Positions 63,401-64,000 of a stretch of DNA of 64,000 nucleotides are shown piece after piece. Positions within the stretch are counted from its first letter, which is position 1, and the number at the start of each line of letters is the position of its first letter. The DNA lies in the NCBI GenBank assembly GCA_001804285.1, contig MHFR01000042.1:78725-142724 (forward strand), given 5' to 3'. The notes under the pieces are model-generated. The model made no database searches. It was not told the origin of the DNA and saw only the letters and a list, made by a program, of their open reading frames with translations. The translations under genes and the position numbers were made by a program. The stretch comes from Candidatus Danuiimicrobium aquiferis. GTDB taxonomy: Bacteria; Omnitrophota; Omnitrophia; Omnitrophales; Danuiimicrobiaceae.

Positions 63401-64000
63401 GAAGCGGATACGGTTACGGGCGAGCAAAATTCAGCGATTGTTCAAAAAGCGGCAAAGATTGTTTATTGGATTCATCATACCTTTATGGCCAGTACTGTTG
63501 TGTCAGGTGATTTGATGAAGGTGATTGCTCGCGCGGCCGAGATTCAGGTGGTGGAAACTCTCACGGGGTTTAAATATATCGGTGATGAAGTGGAAAAGCG
63601 CGCGAAAGCAATTCAAAAACTTTCTGGATTTACGGAGCGCGAGTGGGTGAAAATGCCAAAGGCAAAGAAAATTGAATTGGCATTGCAACATTCCGAATTG
63701 TTCTTGTTTGGAGGAGAGGAATCGTTGGGTTCACTTTCGAGCGACGGTCCGCACGATAAAGATGCAATTAGCGGTGTCATGTGGTTTATCGAAATTTACG
63801 GGCGGCTCACGAAAGAGGGAACGTCGATCGGAGAAAGACTGGAAGCAATTTATAAAAAATACGGATATTTTGCGGAACGATTTCCCATGTTTGAAGTGGC
63901 CAAGAAATACGCAGGCGTTGAATTCTCGGAAGAAGAAGCGATGGGGCTGATTAAAGGAATCAAGAAGGATAAAGATGATGCCGATCGTCCCAACATTATC
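45407..64000 (+). CDS. Giant multi-domain ORF, at least 6198 aa in the window and 3' open at the window end. Signal-peptide-like N-terminus, then modules separated by TM helices and R-[S/A]-E-[V/A]-R linkers. Approximate domain positions: transketolase TPP-binding half 49550-50500 (GSGHPGG, GDGEMQKG); transketolase pyrimidine-binding/C-terminal half 50620-51700; PfkB/ribokinase kinase 53000-54200 (NTTGAGDA); Glu/Leu/Phe/Val dehydrogenase 57050-58650 (GLPHGGGKG, GVQGLGNVG); fold-type II PLP enzyme 58700-59810 (SFKILGS, GTGGLIAG); hexokinase 60200-61650 (DMGGTNLR, INDTVATG, GTGENWAY); alpha-D-phosphohexomutase 62040-64000+ (GTAGMRG, TASHNP, GGEESLG).
   Basis: Manual in-frame translation from ATG 45407, preceded by AGGGGAAC. 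Spot checks across the window found no in-frame stops. Motif codons at 49607, 60341 and 62693 are all in the same frame as the start. No competing plus-strand ORF in the track beyond 47579. Absent from the ORF track, presumably because it has no stop within the window. Confidence 0.8.
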   Translation, partial: MRGKSRILRSIAAVTVFFFFWNTATAYSLPVLGLLPAKLGTVQSTPEHIPSQSTDKTVLLLLNAHTSSDAQKNIAEMLEFFQAQGIDLIGLEGADDRIDGEIFRRFPHKESLAKAAWQMVKDGKLTGAEYFYVTAEKIPAFYGIEDKALYHENKNAFVATTQLREKLAVTLEKVSNAAAELKNKIYSKKLKNFDSLVTRHKNQDTSFLDYFSQLNEASDDADIAIPTYPNVYALSKAVEKEKTLNQKKVAKDIEKIKKTLPKDAIREDIFSMAGKNDLESRNKDENEDVLYIYKKLYTYFSGLVNPNVGAGSSRPFEKGAETAPLQLNDFKHFKRYYEWLEAVTAVKQASLFEELDALVVQIYSRIAKSDKEKTLLEINRSFETFQQKLAIQLTQKDWARVKAIKVPGTFFVPGTFSELGDRAPQISPEELLLIEQANAQASQFYEVAEKRNVIFTDKIINQMETSQKNVSVVVVGGFHEAGLRAALEAKGVHTAVITPKMKDAISDIPYIERMTGKPTQLEKIITEAMSALEREIVISGNAPDEMRRNAAVELVTASVLERLWNTDPARREQVADELSRSISRIIPGVQLGLQKPVIPDDCEGSEKCLQIPVVINGKQIGLSLKQNGASKTFSIERAKAGALHESPVQQPSEGAIYELPVPVNENPIFPGAKRSLFAGHLGAAAAVVISRSEVRTVTVTREENVTTITFDDGTTVSDSNAQKLAEKLKAVLPENLRTGVLEGTDKAAQIYVVSGSRGRDIYIWNTDELQTALNELLTSKSATPQFPAAASPVIEARSEHRVAKILTVVGVMAGAIASYIIPNQAIHLIQQYNADIFKWGLISVAGTLVGGAVIGLLWHEERAWRQAAAKTRNITDRSSADQEKAQRSEVRMNADFDDLFGTNLFSSRLSLVFGVILVVGIGIGIAVNRHERGNTPFPTTMPAESAPSSNIQPATWPAARSEVRTQRSPEELLNLYGRFAREFAQRAAPYPIDEVGIFHVINCLRKIPRDTSDREGMADPRLSKPIAYAIVKQAQQDDAESKALADRLHIPKINPLYLAAFEQYWKYLTTRQPPVSDISQTLGVPVTSWRFVKALPKDSGELKIVLDYFLQMLRKTKAQLDRSHESMMGDSTIVDDILGGSTIPNGEQVEAIRMSYGDEAVEPTLREQVKELLSKVPAPQARPKDLQKISFEKIRKDPTNVENWETLIAEFNKAFVYLQGSINKEADEIRKDVKKLRAEPGMRAWLVNGFKIKNLIRKIDQGYRTIQFYSDISAQLSQLRILAQAVHDAKASPQKLRASPKTGSGRSEVRGSLRERMKGFWNEFSPAQQHILRRQAGTLLFIIGVVGIAVGSALFERKSSPPTTAPSPTSQRSEIRTTPSTEELLRISEYMRFKDWQIIYKAGSGHPGGTLSATEILATLYSDRELLRIDPVRDRNTDYTKRWKNRDRLVLSKAHVVPIQYVALYLSGLLTREEIEALRQDSQGLAQGHATMTTSGIDLSGGVLGYGAPAAMGMAVAAKMDGRDYHTFTLIGDGEMQKGPMFEMMQIAPQLGLDNFTAIVDYNQYQQNRASTGYTAFDYDKMSSVWELAGWNVIKVDGEDFKDNARYIEELRKGLRDSKKMKNSKPTVVMVKSIKGRGISVAENLFRAGNTKFHGSAPNAQQYEEGVREIAPRLGVSVEDRNLADIENDLETIGDELRGKFHDKWQIRQGGFFGIDQRNDTSAALAYRERAAKVGQIQPKAYKPGEEVATRVAAGDKLLYEASRDPSLVFVSPSDLQDSVNFKPIAKVLGEFGSPDKIGDFGPKSPQGRLVTIGIMEDGGVALSVGISAAGLGFKPFVGTFDRFVDIMLTTVEMAALNRIPVGIVGTHAGSETGPDGGGNFSIKTPALIGAIADHGQDMAMFEPADAPGTVMAVDQMITTLTSGMPAYLRASRSPRLVRDRAMAVRDEGENGFIVWKYALNPKIILVASGATVTNTIKATELLESQGIPVSVIEITSVTGIEKPFSGNRLAQTWLAPQVPVYTIHDASANALHDPVLGVAQRTRAYVPVYSRGITDAGSASPAAMFTANRFNADQIAEDAEVIVKGSVPPGVFVRSETRNMTNSSSEELTEARNRENNSEGMSTESAQESSSDQSAKTRAEARELLLQKLEGLLGQLEQIKDEANADRIKTYLHSVSEMIKMAGWMPEVEKFIKEHYETTSGAQVFEPTVDEQTNQDSLVARRIRELREIFFASFKNAAEDKIMQVAGGYLPMLEDFQRKLASLAEIESFVKEKIQQQILALVEKTFNAIFENPALIDPEIREASYVFSVIGDVGGKEAALKNIAAWLRENKLELLRTRIEEGLILLGKNDAKTDLSHAYELLTGRPAPSYQDDQVGSLVASPIRSEARNELSSELEVQSLKLGKEGKPETLNSELGTQLRAEARNITDRSSEELTEAGAGTLADQEKAKRAEVRNLGNSSEETSIESAQVSLSDQSAKTRAEVREVDYAYLGAYGFVGAAMLGAAFYGNYAANRKVKTPVQEAVSPTAHSLILPVVDTTIYVTEQEFQEIVQKAFPAIGTAPLVFVTPEQNTAFLKTFLPHREQHLFKNLVLDEPQRTLGGSISSDRVLTGVGQPIKVFGFVGNDDAGIFALEKLKGSGIATGIQVLDGGMTSQTLVIEVVKPKTDGSGGYDSAGRYFLHVKGVNEELGKYLENGRLKRWFLQEFGENEKPILHIGYEALSSEYYFRNLYRLIRELRAEVPGLRVALDTVADFGNLWGKFSDDGKKLLAELDVLTVSLDEAVAIYEKLTEKKLTDMKEKDMTLAQAEAVSRVMVPWFLATMEKGTVLIKAGNKGSFYGSNHWPNGGWRNRKIPFAWMPIVPNELIQAEYAAEVDGEKVANTTGAGDAASAGFIQALHDGYDVHQAAALASVYGGLSYGQLGGGVIGHPAETVGKLYQDFVAANRGDYRPAAFRQSSLAEMTDKEIETLIIRRIVANNFKTVKPWSFGAKIVNVEPVDISEAIEKVGADLIKQVREIILKYGEFRIGIEPSHDLKEDDTSEPQSMWVYPPSFATQGRMFFEWVYDAVAQYGEELSGNGHRISSLQMEQIRKFLAAYPDDNILGIVAIDRFHSQYKRVNKINDGQLHYFIVRRNSFEDDNFLVLHPADQDFAVAFARAMPFEFHRMPLGALVLNTPEELGQISGTDVVLQMQFIPVSKMAGVTAYNFDPNHALIQKWSVLAGTPVLENWIRNQLEIRIAELSRSEVRNTFTPAELGEITQPLIDILHLVRELDATSNGSSQLRAFIPQVRREIERLNIEGLNAVLVGKIMPVAQGLSHAERAHHRFWTETMPAPVSRMAQELATRQQSLTGDIDQKLTRAKAAALKPVITHLVKAYDLVADARAMQRKVLQDSEIDGLFKSTIEKIEALQIEEAIGLIDQIVETINSLLELDPKQLPSMVSNLEQTRTELNIVRRLLEPRANAGADVADARAEARDLGSSFVIPASAKQRGRIRQSVSGGKAGIQLDPHLRGDDTNLRAEVRTDQVSAEDLDWERARLEQEEEDLRIKWEATESAYLRLKQLRSKQQGGISHKALTDAQQRAAEANGQYLKAQQALLAFQRRIASRNVSSKPSETLVQLPAWMYSAVGIGKPTFPTVAAQVAALTGIGGASIPVPRQVPTSLLQIIRSEARNDRSSSVIPAKAGIQLDPHLRGDDTNLRSEVRGTESPVQAALKNILNAHFYLGIIPGLIAFSVFPLWSASFSAERRLLQTKLSRQGISYWQVDWSEIPADVYDQIKAIRASGGDFDVQFSPARVDDEYSDYHYPQTLRIVPVSLEKGTGNRSLLSHMPVPFSALNADQARAEVRSEFGEVLNPILADVYKILERAGRKLSLSPLEIEEIKTPVNTFLKWVESEHALSHGQYEQALDIRVRHSNPIGKDGKPERAQGGIRILLPENLGKGFNDEKSKFYQTLNRMIADGKIQLNDSDHEVQAALNRFLEQWLTEETTALAIDMSLKNKIMGLPHGGGKGISFLGKWEKVNGAWKLVPIVKAQIQDGKRVFRTSDVAILMRDIGRTFAENNVIHELLDGGAPDLNPFGPSITTELLISWMMDETIAVLMRNENDDIWKQNPGLLEELKDADDNVITNPAFLKVCMAYTQRHPEKILPFLSRYTGKPVGLGGLQYRKKATGEGVVVAAERMVTKLLPERAKLEKPLSGLTIGVQGLGNVGTWVAKEADQRGALVTVLSDEGGAIQSPQFTGEKLTTIGTYRDLTKTRSLLGVTKPTLDGRPNPYYIEGVEVLARGTEEGNIALFKSNTQIKVTAAVQGAIDESNVDLIGEGTLFIDDGANGGTTSEAGRLLYQRAPKVHALSAILVSGGGVGQSSREVVANLTNRYTSEGEDRAWVSERINAAVDATWTVSRANEVDMGLAAAMLGIKRLRGISSFREVQPNVLKNEKPSTIDESLAIDEIRLAAERLRQYGIEQLNLLAAAKLSENAGVPVEVLDETLHLSNSFKILGSLNFILRELEKAKRQGVTITTIGTQTTFNHGYALAIAYNILVNKNVIDPKQTELVIYVGKEMPPENVKRLETLHARVVQFENYEKARYEMDRTKEQLRDQMIRVEHFNGVWEGYATIFLHLFDQTKAKVVSGEWENKTIGVTVPVGTGGLIAGAQVLKKLVQDEKLPVNIKIIAVQTPEIDSLYQSLLQGRTVQRKFPPMVYARGIGVEEPEISVGLAESFIDYVVLADERTQGIPATKLLYDDMSMHGLGAQKYEVTSGLTASVAVAQKEFFAREGIDLFIPVLSGANEIESVWEEVLKSDGQIARSEARGISGAGQNSLTNLTFAEFSEYVKTGEIGRGDRIQVRTKGGRIDEVIFEQLEPEGGIFQPTEIQGIKKVREAGQRSQDVEVAYQAKDVQTVSVIARSNGSLPELLIQRVALQDRMEQIVDEMVVPSEELLSFSGRMIDEMNAGLRGDPKSLKMIASMVPEATGNEKGIYGSTDMGGTNLRNLFIKIENGEASLVAMTKATIPVNLMGKSSSAKKLFKFVAGKRNEFLKSRVLNKALKDQKISIPEKDLIGFAYSYPADMGAIDIAYSSGATKYMLLTDIEGKDVGALYNEELQALGLTASRVGAIINDTVATGALAQLANKNVLGGGILGTGENWAYLEDIENILTLTEAQRQWLREHGIKRMWINIEAGGFDRVRQTEYDKQMDQISPKPGSQLAEKMISGMYLGELVRVILTDLAGKKLLFNSQTGNLLETSFGKDEYAYVSIFGIRIPLFKKLAELLKTIGLGRWIRKNVFTSSDMDPIAADTTPNLSMTRNVLRKFGIMQTTYEERKAVKRIVDQVALRSASLAAAQIMAIILKVDPNLERFHGMAIDGSLFEKYPRYEKMMMGALRKIAERKFGDSRKVDQITLTLKKDGTGKGGGAVTAIADQTKIAELPRFPRVQTGENFRNLSIQKVVELVNALDLGYQQAQGLRAVMVQSSGQNVQVFWREGRQPIGGFSRALNEISQMLRGLGSPIFDLYEVSHKGALGLVIVLSGQTPARGKIGDVFNIARAEARVAQTAEEFGRLAQAAQEKGWISEAALANIISWGSSEYNLRLGQFLTKMFSGFDEDITVHEAITKQFNAAGQNEKVWKEIGDAWYEILKVGTAGMRGKIGFGTNRINLFTIGKLELAHALAVADDQYNDIVKKVDSQFDPMTERKAVVIGGDSRHGSWLPDAKQPNGGTPGWQIKLEALLNVVHGVRAYVYQIPTSTPQIAWSTHSLEVAEGYRIVSGSMNTASHNPATDNGNKPYKPDGSQSTGEFADLLKDLVKKATPDYLATLQYANRNILENIDELFEQAVKNGEIVLIGGDNDPLNVDDQFVEVELDEAIHTIGDLFDQSKIDLENAKIVISPLWGVSKHILAKILKRRGLRDDQIIWVEDVPNPDFPGVKEGKPNPESPKAREVALQKAIDTGAGLVLWTDPDSDRPAVAVLKDPKAKPANFDDFISLNGNMQLAVLTDYLIREIKELGDLEADTVTGEQNSAIVQKAAKIVYWIHHTFMASTVVSGDLMKVIARAAEIQVVETLTGFKYIGDEVEKRAKAIQKLSGFTEREWVKMPKAKKIELALQHSELFLFGGEESLGSLSSDGPHDKDAISGVMWFIEIYGRLTKEGTSIGERLEAIYKKYGYFAERFPMFEVAKKYAGVEFSEEEAMGLIKGIKKDKDDADRPNII
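46328..46382. repeat. REP-like element with internal insert (GTAGGGGCGG...CGCGCCCCTAC) in frame in the giant ORF
   Basis: GTAGGGGC / GCCCCTAC ends; encodes VGAGSSRPFEKGAETAPL. Confidence 0.7.
47327..47391. repeat. Two tandem degenerate REP copies (GGGGCGCTTCATGAATCGCCCGTAC; GGGGCAATTTATGAATTGCCCGTAC) in frame in the giant ORF
   Basis: Arms and loop recognisably related to the canonical REP. Confidence 0.65.
55847..55946. repeat. Paired-hairpin element inserted in frame in the giant ORF (GTCATTCCCGCG...GCGGGAATCCAGCTGGATCCCCACTTGCGTGGGGATGACAC)
   Basis: Family stems; no stop codon introduced; flanked by CCGAAG(C/T)NCG motif copies. Confidence 0.8.
56435..56490. repeat. Second in-frame paired-hairpin element in the giant ORF (shorter)
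   Basis: GTCATTCCCGC aaaa GCGGGAATCCAGCTGGATCCCCACTTGCGTGGGGATGACAC. Confidence 0.8.

Noticed and set aside
45407-64000. Possibility that the giant ORF is several adjacent genes (transketolase, kinase, dehydrogenase, hexokinase, PGM) rather than one
   Set aside because: All the signature motifs I checked (49607, 60341, 62693) are in the same reading frame as the 45407 start. Inter-domain linkers show no stop codons in my manual translation. No plus-strand ORF appears in the other two frames in the track. A run of separate genes would show stops and frame changes.

Overview
This is bacterial chromosomal DNA of moderate GC content from an unidentified, probably uncultivated lineage. Three things dominate the window.

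(1) Position 1 to ~9.6 kb holds a cell-surface glycan cluster. It has a truncated GT2 glycosyltransferase, a fused Gfo/Idh/MocA oxidoreductase and hexapeptide acetyltransferase (WbpB/WbpD-like), wecB, three paralogous membrane-anchored SGNH/GDSL hydrolases and an ArnT/PMT-like membrane glycosyltransferase.

(2) Two large minus-strand bioenergetic operons follow. One is a complete F1Fo ATP synthase operon, atpI-like-B-E-F-H-A-G-D-C. The other is an 11-gene complex I operon, nuoA-B-C-D-I-H-J-K-L-M-N, which lacks nuoE, nuoF and nuoG. A two-component system, an nfeD-stomatin pair, ychF, cysE, rnhA and a few smaller genes lie between and after them.

(3) From 45407 to the window end there is one uninterrupted plus-strand reading frame of at least 18.6 kb (at least 6198 codons) that continues past position 64000. 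The supplied ORF track does not list it because it has no stop codon in the window. This is the candidate novel system. It fuses recognisable domains for transketolase (both TPP-binding halves), a PfkB/ribokinase-type kinase, a Glu/Leu/Phe/Val-type dehydrogenase, a fold-type II PLP enzyme, a hexokinase and an alpha-D-phosphohexomutase. These are separated by predicted transmembrane helices and by an iterated linker motif, R-[S/A]-E-[V/A]-R, usually followed by N. That motif is encoded by a conserved nucleotide word, CCGAAG(T/C)GCG, found at least 18 times.

The window is also saturated with at least four families of structured palindromic repeats. One is a REP-like GTAG...CTAC palindrome that sits next to, and inside, a REP-associated tyrosine transposase (RAYT) gene. 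Another is a paired-hairpin GTCATTCCCGC...GCGGGAATGAC element. A third is a CAATGACC/GGTCATTG element that punctuates the nuo operon. The fourth is a ~190-bp multi-stem-loop MITE-like element. Several copies are inserted in frame into coding sequence (the giant gene and the RAYT gene), in the manner of Rickettsia palindromic elements. No rRNA, tRNA or CRISPR was detected.
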